Positions 44,491 to 58,999 of a stretch of 64,000 nt of DNA are shown piece by piece. Numbering within the stretch: position 1 is the stretch's first letter; the number at the start of each line of letters is the position of its first letter. Source of the DNA: Raillietiella orientalis (taxonomy: Eukaryota); contig JAYWIR010000001.1 of the NCBI GenBank assembly GCA_036172245.1, positions 9,548,001 to 9,612,000 of the forward strand, in the 5' to 3' direction. A program made the position numbers and the translations under genes. The notes below the pieces were generated by a model. It was not told the origin of the DNA. It ran no database searches and was given only the letters and a program-made list of their open reading frames with translations.

Positions 44491-45449
44491 TGCGTGGGTA
44501 GCCGGACGCGAGGCGTTTCCTGAGGTGCTAGGCGGATCCACCCTGTCCAGCTGACGACCGATATCCGCAAGGGCTCACAGCTCTGCTGCCTTCCGGGCGC
44601 CGAAAGCTGCGAGCCTCCCGCTAGCACTCCAGCCTGAAGCTCGACCTCAACCAAATCCCACCACAGGGAACGGAAAGGTCGCACTCCTGATGCAATGGAC
44701 CTCTCGGACCGATGTAGTCCAAGGAAGAGCGAGGCAGATGCGCATGCCTTCTGGAGGCGGATGATTGGGCAGAGGCTGCAACGAGCAGCAGGGGAGTCAG
44801 CCGATGCCCTTCAGAGCTGCCGGGCCATTTAACTAAAATAAATGAATCAAATTACACAACCATGGGGACGGAGAAGGAACGACGTGGCTCCAAGGGACTG
44901 CCCTCGTAGGAAAAAGGACTAGAAAGGGGTGGAGGGAGGGGACAGCAAATACATAAATACATAAATAGGGGACAGGATGAACTGGTTCACGGCAGCCCGC
45001 TCGATTCCCGAGGGCTCGCAGGTCAGGACAGGGAAGGGGAGTTTTGAGTCAGTCCACCCACGATCTTTGCAAGCTTCTTAGGCACCCCACTTTCCAGAAG
45101 AAGCCCATCCGTCCCTCTTCGCATGAGAGTGCGATGGCTCTTGCAAATGGCTCTCCGGAGTGTCGGCCGCACGCCCTTTCGCCATTTTGGCAGGCACTGG
45201 GAGGAGGGTAGTCAGAAACGAGGCAGCTCCCTCTCGAAGGGGGTCTTCTGGGGCAGCAGCCGGAGTGTTCCGCTGAGGCGCGCTCCCGTCCCTGACCCCT
45301 GTAGCCTCCCACATCCCAGCGCCGCGAGCAGGAGCGTCTTCATAGGAGGAGGACAGGAGGCACCCTTGGTCACTCTCCTCCTCCCCCTTAGTCTGGTGTT
45401 CTCTCCTCGTTTCGGGAAGGGAACACCAGCAAGATGGTGGCCTGCTGGC

Positions 45450-46010
45450 ACCGGAGATGGGAGAACAGAGCGTCGACCGGGAAGCGGTTGATCCGGGAGT
45501 TTCTCCCGGGGAGTACCAAGGGATTCCGTCCATGAACTTTCGAGGCATTCCCGCTCCTTGGGCCTCCACTGAATCCTGTTATGGAGTGCTGTTGGGAGGG
45601 GAGGAGCTTTCAACTAGCAATAATCGCGCCTCAGTCGCCTTCCTCGGCTACTATATTGCCCGTGAGCAAGGAGGGGAGGAAGAGACTGCAGGTTGCTCCC
45701 CAGTGACTTCTTTATCCTCCTGAGAATAAAGAGGACTCTAGGGAGCTTTTAGGACAAGTTCCTCACTATTGTGCTTTAGGTCCGACCATCTCACCGCCAT
45801 CCTCAGGACCGAGAGGTCGGAGGTGCGGTGCACTGGACGGCCTGATGAAACCGTCGCAACGCTGAGTTCCACCCCGCTCCAGGGAAAGCATGGAGCTGTC
45901 GCCGAACACTACGGGGATTACTACTTTGAGGAGATCCACCACAGCGGAGGAGTTCTTTGGGAAGGGTGGCGAGGGTGGAAACGTCAGCCAGTTGATCCGC
46001 CGTCCAACAT
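45450..46010 (+). mobile_element. Ty3/gypsy RT-RNase H remnant
   Basis: SVAFLGYYIARE, RELLGQVPHY, HLTAILR, LSSTPL and GGVLWE..RQPV occur in gypsy pol order. Confidence 0.5.
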
Positions 46011-46109
46011 CCCCACTGCTTCTTTCTCTTTTCCCTTCTTTCGCTCGCTTTCTTTTTTTTTTGAAAAGATGTTCGAGTGGCATGGATGCTGCGCAAAGCA
46101 GCGCTGACG

Positions 46110-46755
46110 GTCTTGTGGCTGCGACAGCCTCCGCGGACGGCACCGAACATCGCGGATTCGAATCCTACCCGGGGAAAGATAGTCTCCCCGAAAAATTGAT
46201 GACTCGCGGGTTTCGATTTTCCTCGCAGGATGACGCTGATTGGCCTTAGGGGCTTTGGATGTGGCACTGGTGGAAGCCAGATGTCCCCCGTTGAGTGGCC
46301 GGGATCGGGAGTGAATCCTCCGGGTTCCTCCTTGACTCAAGCAGCGACAGTTCCCTTCGGGCTCTCCCTCTCCTGGAAAGACGGAACCACGTCCCTCTCC
46401 CCCCTCGAAAGGACCCTCCATCTCGTACCATGGAGCTGGTTGATTCTCTCCAGAGTGCAAGAAGCGCGCTGCTTTCTTCGGGGAGCGGACCCTTCAGAGA
46501 GATCGGGAATTGTCCCTTCAAGGTTCTCTCCAAAGGAGGAAACAGGAACGGATCCTTTCTGGGAGGTCCTTCCGGAAAATAAACGAAGAGTGGCCCATCC
46601 AGGGGGTCCTTCTGGAAAGAACAGGGAAGAGGTATTCCTTCGAGGTCCTTTCCCAAGCATGAGAGGAGAGGATCCCTTCCCCCGGAGCTTTCCTGGATTC
46701 GTATGGTGATCCTAACTTGAAAAGTCGCACGCACTCTCGGGTGGCGCGGAACAGA
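46110..46755 (+). mobile_element. tRNA-derived SINE, near full length
   Basis: ggattcgaatcc, cgcaggatgacgctgattggcc, ggcactggtggaagc, ccatggagctggttgat, and tail cacgcactctcgggtggcgcgg. Confidence 0.8.
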
Positions 46756-48769
46756 GGACCAGTCGATGAGCATCCATCTTTTGTCTGTTGCAAATGCAAA
46801 AAGCACGCGGATCCGCACGGTCTCCATGAGAGCTCCTGCTCGTCTCGGATAATGTCATCGGAACCGATTTATGGAATGAGGTGATGTGGGATGCGGTCGT
46901 TCCGCTTGGGCAGAAGAGCAACAGCCGGCTTTCGGGAGACGACCCGTCTTCGCCGCCAGTGTCGCGGCGGTATGGTCGTCGCCGTCGAGTCTTGAGGACG
47001 CGCGTTGGAAGTATCCCGAGCGCGTGCGCAGCCGCAGCTGAACGGGAAGTGAAGGGGGCAAGCTGCTCTCCTGAGAAGAATTAGAAGTCGCCCGAACCGC
47101 CTCCCGCTAAACTGCAGCGCCTTCGAGGGCGTAGGGTGGCGGTTCGCTCTGGCGGTCCGCCACCGCTAGGAGAGCGCCGCTTCGCGCTCGCCTTCGGCGT
47201 TCCTTCACGGCGGGCGCGCGCCGTGATCGAGACGAGGATGCTGCATCCGCACCACCGTCGCGTCACGCTCCGTGCGACGGGGCTCCCCTCGTTCGCAGCT
47301 AAGGGAAGTGGCCGCTCGCGTGGCAGCAGCCTCCTCGGTGAGGACTGCTGCAAGGTGGCGTCGCCGCCGCCACCATCCGCAGCCAGTTTCGCGGGAGAAA
47401 GTGCTTTGCTGGCGACCCCTGATCCTCTCCCGTCGCGCCCTCGACCCCGTTTCTGACATTCCTGAAAGCCGACCCGCGTGCCGGTGGTCATCCCTGGCGG
47501 AAGTCCTTTGAAGTTGCTCGCGGTTTGCCTAGGGAAAGGGGGACTCGCAGGAGAGCAGGATGATGCCCGGAGCAGAATGCCGCCGGTTTCGCGCGGCATC
47601 GCCTCTCGCGCGCGCTCTTCTGGCCGATTCGACCCGCCGCCTTCCAGAGAGGGATGATCGGAAGGTGGCGCCTGCGCGCCTCTTCGCTCCCTTACCGGGA
47701 AGGTCAACGACGGCGAGAGAAGCCACGACGGCTCTAGCCGCAGATGACGCGTACAGATGCTCTGGAAAGGGTAGCGATCGGCAACGGAAAGCGGAAGGGA
47801 TGCGGGGGGGGGGGAGGGGATGCACCTTCCCAGGACTTTTCTGACCCGCACGCGAGAAGGCGCTCTCGAAGATCGGTCCGCTTCGCTTCTGCCATCTTTC
47901 GCTTCTCCCCGCGGGAGCTCTCTCCAGAGAAATCTCGAGTGTCGGTCAGCGCCCACTGAAAGAGGCGCCTTCGGGTTCTTCCTCACGGCGGCTACGGAGC
48001 CTTCATTACGACTCCCTCGGGGAAGGAAGGAAGGAGAGACGTGCCGCGCGTTCAGGTCCCTTCGGGAAGCCGGGAGGGTTGGCGAGGCTCCCTGAGAGAG
48101 GGCATGCTCCACCGGCGCCTTCTTCGTCCCGGCTACCGCGTCTCAACACGACGCCCCCACCGGGTCCGCGTCTCCGCGCGCACCATCGTCGAACGCACGT
48201 CTGGACCCGGGGGAGCGAGGAGCTCTGGTGCGGGAAGCGTGCACTTCAGTACCCGCGAGCGATGCACGAGAAGAGAGTTTGCTAAGGAGACGGGAGGAGA
48301 AGGAGGAGGAGGAGGAGAGAGAGAGATTCTGGAAAGAGATCCTTCTTCCAGTCGTGCATGCGACGCATCCCCGCAGAGGGTTGCACGCCTCCCTCTGGTC
48401 ACGCGATCCGAGAGGCACGCATGCCGGAGGGAGATGCTGGAAGAAAAGCCTGGTAGGGGAAGTGGGGTAGTGGAAAGGGGGCACGTTCACTTTGTTCAGT
48501 CAGGAGGCGGTCAGCCGGGCGAGATGGGAACAGAGCAGAGAGAGGGGCAGGGAGCACGGCGTCTCCCTGATAAGGGCAGTCGCGTTCGCGCCTATGTCCG
48601 CCGCATCCCCGCTCGGGATTCGCGCGGGAGTTCTTTTCCAAGTCTAACCGCTTGTCCGCTCCCGATCTACCTCTACTGCTCCTTCGGGGACTTTCAGGGA
48701 TCTCGGTGCTCGGGCCACCAGCGAAGATCTTTGCTCGTCTTGACGACGTCCCTCAAACGCTCGCGCTGA

Positions 48770-49460
48770 AGGCCGTGCCGCTGCCGTCTCCTCGTGCGCA
48801 GCACCATCGGACGACTCGAGTTCGAATCCTTCCCGGGAGAAAGGGCCGATGCCGAGAACGGAGGGGAGGGGAGTCGTGCGTTTGGAGCTCTTCTCCCCTC
48901 AGGATGGGGCTGGTTGGCCTCTGCTGGTTTCGGGTGTGGCACCGGTGGGAGCCGGACGCTCCACGTTGAATGACCGGGATCGTAAGGTGAGTCTCCGGGG
49001 TTCTTCCGGGAATTGAGGAGCGCTGGTTTTTTTCGGGCTCTTCCCTTCCGCTTGAGAAGATGGGGCCGTCCCCTCGTGGAGGACTTTTCGTCTCGTACCA
49101 CGGAGCTAGTCGATTGCTCTCCAGAGTGCCAGGAACTGCGATGCTTCCTTCGGGAAGCGCCCTCCAGAGACATCTGGAAGCATTTCTTAGGGGTTCCCTC
49201 CAGAGGAAGAGGAAACTAGGAGGGAGCAGAGCCTTTTCGGGAACTCCCTTCAGAGAAAAAATGAGGAGCGTCCCTTAAAAGCCCGGAGATCCCTCTGGAA
49301 ATAACGAGGAAGAGGTTCCCTTGAGGATTTCCCTCCCGGGCATAAGAGGAACACGGCTTCCTTCCTCCGGAGCCTTCCTGGACTCATGGGGTGGTCCCTT
49401 CCAGGGACTCTCTCTATCTTGAAGAGTGAACGCGCACCCCTGGGTGGAGTAGATAGCCCT
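48770..49460 (+). mobile_element. tRNA-derived SINE, near full length
   Basis: gagttcgaatcc, gctggttggcc, ggcaccggtgggagc, and tail gcgcacccctgggtggagtagatagc. Confidence 0.75.
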
Positions 49461-52400
49461 GAAGAGCCTCACGACCCCCCAGGCGAACGGTTCTAGAGTG
49501 ATTAGCAGATCCCACGCTTGCAGCAACCGCGCGGTGGGGAGCGGTCCCTTTTGGTGCTGCCTTTCCTCGAGTGACATCTCCTGGCTGCTCAGGACTCGGA
49601 GAGAGAGTGCCTCGGAAGCATTTTTTTCCTGGATTTCCGAGATGGCTTCACTAGAGACGCGAGCGATGGGGCAGCCTGATCCGAAGAGGTGCAAACCCCT
49701 CTGAGTGCGCGCAGAGGCCACGGCTGCTAGGCAACGCGAAGATTGTTATTTCCCTGGGGGTGTACAAACGGAAGGATTCTCTTACCGGTGAGACTCCGGT
49801 TGAGTCCTCCAGTCCGCGTGCGCGCCAGCCTCTGGGCGTTGCTACGGAGACACGCACTCCACGCCCCTCGCCGCCTGAAGTTGAAGGGAGGATGGGCGGA
49901 GGAAGCGATCCCGCCCTTTTAAACCGGAGGGGGCTGAGCAGCGCTGGAGCCACAGGGAGACGGGACGCGCATCCAGCTGGACCGCGACCGCGAGCCCTCC
50001 GCCGGGAGATCTCTGGAGTGCCCTTGCGCCTCCCCCACGGTCAGCTCTCGTCTTTCCCGCCAACTGGGCGCTCCTCCCCTCCTTAGCGCGCACGCCCCGG
50101 AAGCGCACTAGAAGTGCGCAGCGCGACGAAGCGAGGAGAAATCCTGCGGGAGGCGATCTGCGGAAGGATGCCACTTTGGCAGCAACTCTAACCATCATCG
50201 ATGACCGCGTCCTTTCGACCCCTCCCGGCATCAGGCTGCTGCTCCTGCTTAACCATTCCGCCCGTCTGGACCACTCGGAGGCGCTTCAGGAAGAGAAGGA
50301 GCACGTCACATCTCCTCGTGTTCCCTCTGGGATCTCTCTAGGAATTTCTCTTCCTTCTCCTCTCTTCCTTCTTTTCCTCTTCCTTGTCCTTTCCTCTTCG
50401 TCGATCCTTCTTCCTTTTCTTACTTTCCTCTTCCTTCTTCCTTCCTCTTTTTCCTCCTCTTCCCTTCTTCCTTCCTTCCTTCTTTTCCTCCCCCTCTTTT
50501 CCTGTCTCTTCCTTCTCCTCCTTCCTCCATTCCTCCTTTTCTTGTCCTTTCGCTGAACCGGCCTTTAAGGGATCCTCTCAACCCCAACGCACGCCTCGAA
50601 ATTGCCCTTAACTCTCAGGCGAGCCAGGAAACTGAAGCATTTCTCTCGTACGTCTCATAGCCACGCCTTTTCGGAATCCTTTTGTTTCCTCCTCCCCCCC
50701 CCCCCTTCCCTACCGGAGGGAAAGTCGCCCCTCCTTCTCCCCTTCCAATCCCGAAATTCCCTCCTTGGAATGGTTGGAAGGCTGGATTTTCGTGTCGCGG
50801 GGGTCTTGTGCCGCCGGCGAGAGCCAGCGGCGCTTTCCTTGCCTGAAGCCTCGGCCCTCACCCGCGACCCAAGCTCGCTCGCGCGATCCGTCAGAAGCAG
50901 CGCCGCAACCCTCACGTCCGCTCTGCGGAGATGCGCCTCCACCTCGCGCAGCATCCGTCGTTCGTGGAACACCTCCGTCTCAGCTCGAGGATCTCTTGGT
51001 GCTCCTGCCTTCCGGTCCTTCTGCCCTTGCGAGACCATGCCCTCAGAAGAAAGGTGCGACCTCGACCGGCGGCAGGGAGTTCTCCCGCAGGAAGGAGCCC
51101 TTCTAGATGGAGGGTTTGAGGAGGACATTGGGGAGCCTTCCTTCGTAGGAAAAGGGCGCTGTGGAGAGAAAAATCGCATGGCGGCGAGTCGCAACGGGAA
51201 CAGAAGGAGCGGACGTTTTCCCGCGGGATCTCTTCCGGGGGGCTCGGCGGGTTCTCCCCGCGAACGGGATCCGACGACTCCGGAGTTCGCACTGGCGGCA
51301 AGCGCGGAGGATGCCCTCTTTCCTGAATGCCCTCGTTCTTGATCCCACGACTCGCGTGAAGCCCAGCTCCTGGCACGTAATGTGGTCAGGGTCACCATGA
51401 CCGTCGGGGAAAGTCGAACCTGGGAAAGGAGCGACATCGGTGGGCGAGCCAGGCCTTTCGAATCCGGTCGCGTACTCGCGTCCTGCCAGGAGGTCACCAT
51501 GGCCAAGATCGCCTGCGGAACTGGAGCCTTCGAGCGAATTTCCGTCCACTTTCCCTTCGTTGGAGCCAGGGACCGCAGTCGAAGTGCCCTGGGGCATCCG
51601 CGAAGAAAATGCTATTCGCATCCTCATCAGTGAGAAGTGGTGGTCTGGCCTGCACTCTGTCGGGACTCACGGGAACTCCTGTCGACCCTGAGAGGTGCCA
51701 GGAAAACTGCCGTTCGCCAAATGGACCAACGGGAATCCCCACCCTGGAGTATGACGCGCATGCGAAAACCCGAGAAAGGCCCCCTGCCCCACAGGCTCAT
51801 CCTATGAGTGGGCCCACCTCACATTATGAGGAAAGCGGTGAGCATAATGATGTGCATGTTGTCTTTATGGCAGCAGACGGATATCGCTCGGAACCTTCGC
51901 TGCCAGTCTGGTAACAACGGAAAGCTGGGAGCGTTTGGGAAAGCAGATCGGACGTTCCTAAGCAACAGTTTCAGTCAAATCCTCAACTCGGGAACACCTT
52001 CGACTTACTGAGCAGGGCGGCCAACATTTCCTTGGATGCTGGACACTTTTTCTTCCTTCCTTCTCTTCCTTTCCTTCTTCCCTTCCTCCTGCTCCTCCTT
52101 CTTCCTTCCTTCCTCCTCCTCCTCTTCCTTCCTTTCTTCTTCCCTTCCTCCTTCGTTCCTCCTCCTCTCTCGTCCCATAAAAGGACGTCTCGGCCTTCTG
52201 AATGTACTTGATGGATTGAACGACTTCGTCGTCGGCAGTTTTTTTTTTAGCCCCACCGGATGCACCGCCGCAGTCGGGAAGGCTCCCGACAAACGCGGAG
52301 GCGGACGCTGGCAGAGAGAAGCCGCCTGCACGCACCACGAGTGGACGAGAATCGGGGAGAGTCCGCGACAGGACGCGTCGAGGGCGAGGGCGACAACCCC

Positions 52401-52639
52401 GAGACGGCGTCCAGGGTGTGGGAAGGCAGGGATCAGGCAGGATGAGGGTGAGGCGGTTTTATAGTATTGAGCAATGTTGCTGCAATGGATATATAAGCAA
52501 GCAGAAGAAACAGGTATTTCCTTCCTTCGAGGAAGACGCACTCTGGATCAAGGCCGAGGGCACACTTTTGAGCGGGACGCGAGGGACTTCCACGATGCGC
52601 GCGATGCCGCGCACGGGTCGTGGCTTTCTCCGGTCGGGG

Positions 52640-55000
52640 AGCAAGCAGACGGAGGCGAGGTTGCGTCCCGAATGGGTGGCAGCTCGTTCCCTGCTCGGTG
52701 GCGAGGGTTCAAGGCTCGAAGAAGCCGCAGTGCTGCGCGGCTTGATCCCCCGTTCACCAGGGTGGCGCCGCCTGCACGAGCAAGGCCTGAGTCACCTTCC
52801 TAAGGGACGCTCTGTGAGCGAGGAGAGCTACTCACCAGAGAGGCTGGACGGACTCAGGGGTCTCCGCAAGAAAACCACAGCTACCGAGTTTCGTTGTCCT
52901 TGGGACAGGAAATCAAGGATGGCGGGCATCGTCCGCTCCCGCGAGTCGCCTGCTGGCACGCGGCAGGGAGAGAGACAGAGGGGGAACAGCGTACACAGAG
53001 AGTTGACTCTTCGCTCCTCTGGCGAAGGAGCACCAGCATCTGTCGTCGTCGGGTACTAGGGATGACGGGATACGGCGAACGGCAGAGACTCCCGAGAGAT
53101 GGGTGAAACACATCAAGGAAGGGATGGTTCGCTCCAGAACGCACCACTCCGAGGAAACCTACCGAAGGCGCAGGTTGACCCAAAGAGCAGGGCGATCCTC
53201 GTGGGGCTGCAGCCTCAGGTGGAGGAGGAAGTGGAGGGCGCAACGAAGCAATGTGAATGATAGAGAATCCCTCGGTCATCGGTTGTGCTCACAAGCTCAT
53301 TGTCTGTAGAGGGCACGCACGAGCAAGGAGTTAGGGAACTGCATAACGTGTGCCATTGGCTAGGAAGAGCGATGCCAGCTCAAATGTGTGGGCTCAAAGA
53401 GAAAAAGCCGGATGCGACTTGCTGAGGGCTCAGCCATGAGAGTGTGACAAGCGATGCTCTGAGCTGCGAGCCGAATGGGAGCTCCAATGCATATCTTCCA
53501 CTGCCTTTGATCTTCGACCTTTAGAAGCACACAGATGAGGTCACTACATCACTGCCGTACCACCCAGCCATCCAGCTGGAGCTGGAGACGTGCGAATCAT
53601 ATTACGGAGCGAAAACCGAGGCTTGCAAGAAGAATCGGCTGTTCCGGAGCCGTTGTACGAATCAAAGAGAACATGGTTTCGCTTCCTCTTGATAGATGGT
53701 GCTAGAGTGCCCCCCCCCGCGAGGGTGCCGTTACCTCGCCTCCGGCCTAGCCCCTCTCTGGGGAGAAACTCACGGCACGCGAGAAGTGTATCGGGACAGG
53801 ACGAGCAGATCGGAGGACTCTTGTTCCCTAAAGGCTTTCCAACCACACGCGCTCCACGTTGCTGTGCATTTCGGCGTGGCAAGAGGCAGCACTCTGGAGG
53901 TCTCACGGCCAGAACGGCTCCTGCTTCCCAATCTGGGTGAACTTCGCGGCGGAGCCTCAGGGAAGCCTCGCCTCCTCCTAGAAAGGTTTCCGGCACGTGC
54001 CGCACGCAAGCTCCGTCCACAGGGCACCACGGAAGCTCCTGAATTCGCGCGCACGAGCAGTGGATTCCACTGGAATCGTAAAAGGATGGCAGCCACGCGG
54101 CTTCGCTCCGGTATGCACGCACCGGAAGCATCGACCAGGCTCCGAGCAGCTCTCTCTCTGAGGAGCCACGTCTTTCCGGATGAAGTGGCATTCCGCTCAA
54201 GACGACGACGCCTTGGAAATGGGCTCACATGAGCGCTCGATAATCTAGACAGTCACTCGCCAGCCGGGCTAACCAAGAAAACGCTCGGAAGTGAATTTTC
54301 GGACCGTTGCCTGAAGATGAGTGTGCCACTGTCACTCTTTCCTAGGAAGAAGAAGGGAGGGGAGAGGGAGGGAAAAACGAATACAGTACAATGTACGTCA
54401 TCATGTATTTAGGAACTGCACACGAAAGGCTCCCTCGTTTAGGAGTGGTAGGGTTGCTTTGAGAAACACTCACAGATGGAAGGGTTTCCTTGTGTTTTCG
54501 GGGTGAGGTAAGGTCACATCACACAACCTTCTCATCTTGAGGAACTCCCGCTTCTGGATGGAGAGACTATGCATGGTCGGAGGACAGAAGCCCCGATCTT
54601 CTGAGCGTCCCCTTCTCCTTTCTTCCTGGGGACGGAAGGAAGAGGCGCCCCAGCGAGTCAACCCCATTGTAGGGGGGCGCACCTCCATCATCGAATCACC
54701 GAAGCGGTTTCTCCGTACTGCTCCAGACCGAGCCCCAGGGCGGTGGGAAGATGCCCTGTCCGCTGACTGCGCGCGCGGGCGCCGGCGTTCGGAAGCTGCG
54801 CGAAAGGCTCGCCTCTCGCCAATCCATGACGGGGCGGGAAGTCCTTCGCTCCCTGCTGCTCCCGCAGCAACGAGCTTCCGGCGCGCTGCGCCGCCCTGCA
54901 CACGCGGCCTACATATGCTCAAAGGCTCACGTGAGGTGGAGGGCGGTGGTGTCTTTGCTCGAGAAGTCTCAGGGCACGCACATCGCAGAAGCAGTTTCCT
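52640..55000 (+). mobile_element. Highly decayed Ty3/gypsy pol (RT, RNase H, integrase)
   Basis: ESLGHRL, LELETCESYYGA (ETDAS-like), LFRSRCTNQRE, TGHHG...GFHW, RFLR...WEDAL and MTGREVLRSLL are collinear. Many stops and frameshifts. Confidence 0.5.
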
Positions 55001-57199
55001 CTCGTGTGCGAGCTCAAACGCTAAATACAGCACTCAGCATCCTTCTCTCGGAATGGAGAACGGAGCACAGGGGAGAGAGAATCTCTTGGAGTCTCCCTCG
55101 AGAGGAACAAGACGACTTTTCCCGTTTTTTTTCCTTTTATTGTCCTTTTCACGGATTGGATTCACGAAGTTGGAAACGGCGATGCGAGAACCGGTGTGCC
55201 ACCTAGGAAGAGGTTTCACTTAGCGATAGCCGGGTCCATACGCCAGGTGGAAGCCCGAGCTGAAGGCGAATTCCCGTTGGAGAACACCTTTTCTCCAGAG
55301 CGCGCTAGGAAACCAGCCGGTCGAGGTGGGAAGCGAATCCGACTGCAGACTGATACTGGAGACGAAACCGGGGCGCCGCACGCCGGTCCTGGAAGAGGAA
55401 TGCCGCGAGCCCCCTGCCTGGGCCGCAATCCCGTCTCGTAGGTTGGGCTCGAACTTGTTTGCTCCGCTTACGTCACTGCAGTGACGACAAACAGTAAAAG
55501 TAAACATCGGGAAGGAGGCATCGCATCCAATCGAAGGGATGCCATCAGCTGATTACTAATTTAATCCGCAGAGGACCAGAAATGCCTGCCTGGGACTCTC
55601 CCCCCCCCCTTATTCAGCGGGAAGGCTTCGCGTAATGCGTGCGGCACGCTCAGCAGCTCCTTTGTCGGAGGGCGGATCAATCTTCTGCCCGCCGAGCGGC
55701 ATGCCGAGGTTCCACGGACGGGAACAGTCGGCAAGATGAATCGTTCTGAGAAGAGCTGCCTCTGGAGGCCGACCAATGAGCAGCCGCAGTTCGAGATGGG
55801 ATCCAGGCAACCGCTTCCCCTTTATTGTCGCGAGGTAAACGACATCCCCCCTTTGTCAGATTGTCCGTCGCTTGCGCAAAGGAGACCCCTGAGAGGACGG
55901 GGGGGAGCGGACCGCGCGGCCGTCGAGAGGGATTTCTGGGGCCCGGGATCGGTGCGGCTGCTGCTGCGTCATCTGCGAGCTTAGCGCACGACGTAGTAGC
56001 AGCGACACTCCCTCCAGGGTGGCTCGTGGTTTGGCCCCCGGCGGGTTTGGAGGGGATGGTCGGACAGGACGTGCAGACGGGAAGCGTCCCTTCCTGGCGG
56101 CGCGGGGAAGCCGCGAGTGACCGGCTACCCTGGGCAACCAGAAGGCACTTCCTGGGGAACAGACGAGGGATCTGGATGCTCTGTCAGAGTTCCTCAGGGA
56201 ATCCGCTCGATGCGAGGAGCGGCGACCGGGAAGAGGCTGGTTAGCTGCCCTTCTCTTCTTGGCGCCTGGTGACCGAGTTCGGGAGCGGTCAGATGTCCTG
56301 CAAGGATTATGGAAACGTCCTGCTTGTGCCTTTCTTCTCCAGCTCGCGTCAGGTGACCTCGTTCTCCTCCGGCTCGAGGCAGGGTGGGGTGTTCGTACGG
56401 AAGGGTTTCTCAGCGGCAGGGAAAGGAAACCGGACAGAGTTCGTCTTTCTGCTGAGTTTCCTCCTCGGAGAACACGCTTTCTGCTTCCCGATTTGGCTTG
56501 AGCTAGAGCACTACCTCGATCCTTTGTTCCCAATCCCTCATCGGCCTGCTTTCCCCGATGCGCGTACCCCTCACTACACACTACGGTGGCTGCTGTTCTG
56601 ACTTGTTCTTATCGTCCTTCGGAGAGAGGTTAGGCGAACTCCACGCGCTTGCTTCCTGTCCCGGGACTCCTCAGCATGCCTTCCAGGTGTCCTTTCTTGA
56701 GAAAGCTTGCCTCTGCCTTCCTCTTCGCTTCCCTCCGATTGTCATGTTGTGTTTGACGGTACTTCCGGAAGGCGATCAGCGGTGTCTCCCAGCAACACCT
56801 CAAGGAAGGATACTCACGGCCCCTGCCGAGTCTCTACAACTCTTAGAGGAGCAGCTGCGGCCTTTTTTCTTCCCTGTAGAGCTATCGGACTGCCAGCAAG
56901 AGGTGGCTGCGTCCAAGCCCTCGCCGAGTGTGTAGGGGCAGTTGCCTGGACCGCAGTCCAAAGACACTGGAGAAAACAGGACAGGCAGCGCGCCCATCGG
57001 CAGGAGGACGGAAGGATAGTGATGGTCGTCCAGGGGAACTCGACCCTTTCCGGCGGGAAATCAAACTGGAACTTTAGCGGCAGGAACCACTGGAGTCCAA
57101 TTTCCTTCCAGGAGGAATTCGGCAAAGCATAGCCGCCTCCGAACAGGGGCGCCCTCTCTCTCGGAGACGAAGAAAGCAACGTCGTCCTCTCCCCAGCCG

Positions 57200-58465
57200 A
57201 CGGTTCCGGTGACCATGAATTTGCCAGAGGCAACGGAGTCTCTGCCGGCGTCGAGCGTGCTCCTGGTCACGGCGCGTTCGGGTGCTCAGAGTGCTCTTCT
57301 TGCGACCAGTCGCCTCCTTGACAGCATCTTCACTTCATCCGCGGTATCATGGAAGCCTAGAGCGACTCCAGAAAAAGGGACCGAAGGGACTCCAGACGAA
57401 AGGGACGTCAACCACTGTATCAACCTAGATCTCCGGGCGGCAAGAGGCGTTAGAGTTCTGGGTTGGCCCACTTTGAGAGTGCGTTCAGCGGAACTGCATG
57501 CGTCCTCTGCGGAAACTCCTACGAAAACCGCTGGGAGATATACTGCAGACTGGGCTCAGTGGTCCAAGATAGCCGTCACTCCTCTTGTCACAGCTCTGTC
57601 CGCCCTTGGGACAAATGATGACAGTGGCCAGCCGACAGGGTGGGAGTTGTCCTGCAGCATGGCAGGAGTTGAGGAATTCCCCTCGATGGCCGCAAGACGG
57701 GCGAGTTGGTGGACGACGCCACTCGTTCCCGGACGAAGGGACTCTTTCGATGGAGTGACCTGCTCGGTGTGCCCTCCCGAAGAACTCACGACCCCTCCTC
57801 TGCGTGCGGACACCTCCATGTTCCTGCTCCGTTGGAAACCGCAGGATGCTCTGCTGCTTCTTCACTGGGAACTCCAGTGCAACCAGCGCAGGCTCCTGGT
57901 TTCCGGGGAAGAGTGGCGTCCCCGAACTGTTTGAGGTGAGGGACGGTGGAATCGTTCCCACACCTCCTGTCGAACTTCAGTGCCCTGTAGGACATGTGGC
58001 AGAGGCTCCTTTCGGCGCTCCGTGGACCACAGGAAGACTCGCTGCAGCGCTTCTTCACCGGAGGCAGGTTGAAGACGGTTTCTGTGATTGCAAAGAATAC
58101 GCCCGTACCATGGTGACAGCCCGTCATGTGTCGGAGTCTCGTTCGCAGCGAGAGGATGCCTCCGGAATGGCGGCCAGCTTCATGAGGTGGTCTCATATGC
58201 CAGAGGTCATCAGTGCGATTGCCACCATACACAGCCGCTTCTAGGAAGGAAGGAACGAATGAAACCAAAGACCCCTGTACCTACACTTTCGTCTTTTTTA
58301 ATCTATTTATCGTCCCCTCCCTCTGTTCCCTTCTTTTTTAGGAGCGACCTGCGTGCCAGTGGTCATCCCAATGAAGTTTTTTTATTCTGACATCTCCTGT
58401 GTTCTGGTCCTCTCTGACCTGAAATTTATTCATTTTTAAATAAACGTCCCGGCTTCACCGAGTAA
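57200..58465 (+). mobile_element. Tx1/L1-like LINE 3' part
   Basis: WKPQDALLLLHWELQCN and CLR*GTVESFPHLL. Ends AATAAACGTCCCGGCTTCACCGAGT. Confidence 0.7.
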
Positions 58466-58499
58466 AATTCACAGCGCCATTCGCTACCCTGCGGGTGCA

Positions 58500-58740
58500 G
58501 AAGGGAGAGTGCATCCTAGGAAGGGGGCAGAGGACGGCCTCCAGCAGGATGCAGCCTCTTCTCGAATCCATCGAATTCTTTTGTATTTATTTTTATTCAA
58601 TTCTTTTTATTTTATTTTATTTTTTTCATTTTTGTTCCTTCCTTCCCCTTCCGCATCTGAGGCAAACCTGTTTGGTCTGCGTGCCAACACCTGGGCAGGT
58701 TCCTTGTGTGGATGGTCGTGAAAGAACTACATATCCTACC
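58500..58740 (+). repeat. Additional 3' UTR fragment of the same LINE family
   Basis: Matches 40930-41075 (cgaatcc..T-rich..tggt.tgcgtgcca..gcaggttcct). Confidence 0.6.
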
Positions 58741-58999
58741 ACCACCCTGGTAAGTTCTTCGAGAAACTCCTCGGAGGGGGCTCGCTGGACACGCCGGGTG
58801 CGGACGGCTGCCTCTCCTTCGAGCTCGGAGCTTGCTTCTTTCTTCACCCCTTGCCTTCCCGTTCCCTTTTCCTCTCTCTTCCCAACAAGGTTCCTTCCCT
58901 TCCTCTCTCCAGAAACGCGCGACCAGTTCCCAGGAAGTGCGAGATCCCCCTGCTGGGCGAGCGCGTTAGCGCAGGGGGACGACGGGCCAGATGCTGCAG

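Noticed and set aside
45836-45900. Hammerhead ribozyme (CTGATGA..GAAA)
   Set aside because: No stem II/III geometry, and it lies inside a gypsy remnant.
51340-51830. Another integrase remnant (AFERISVHF, AHPMSG)
   Set aside because: The motifs are too degraded to support a feature call.
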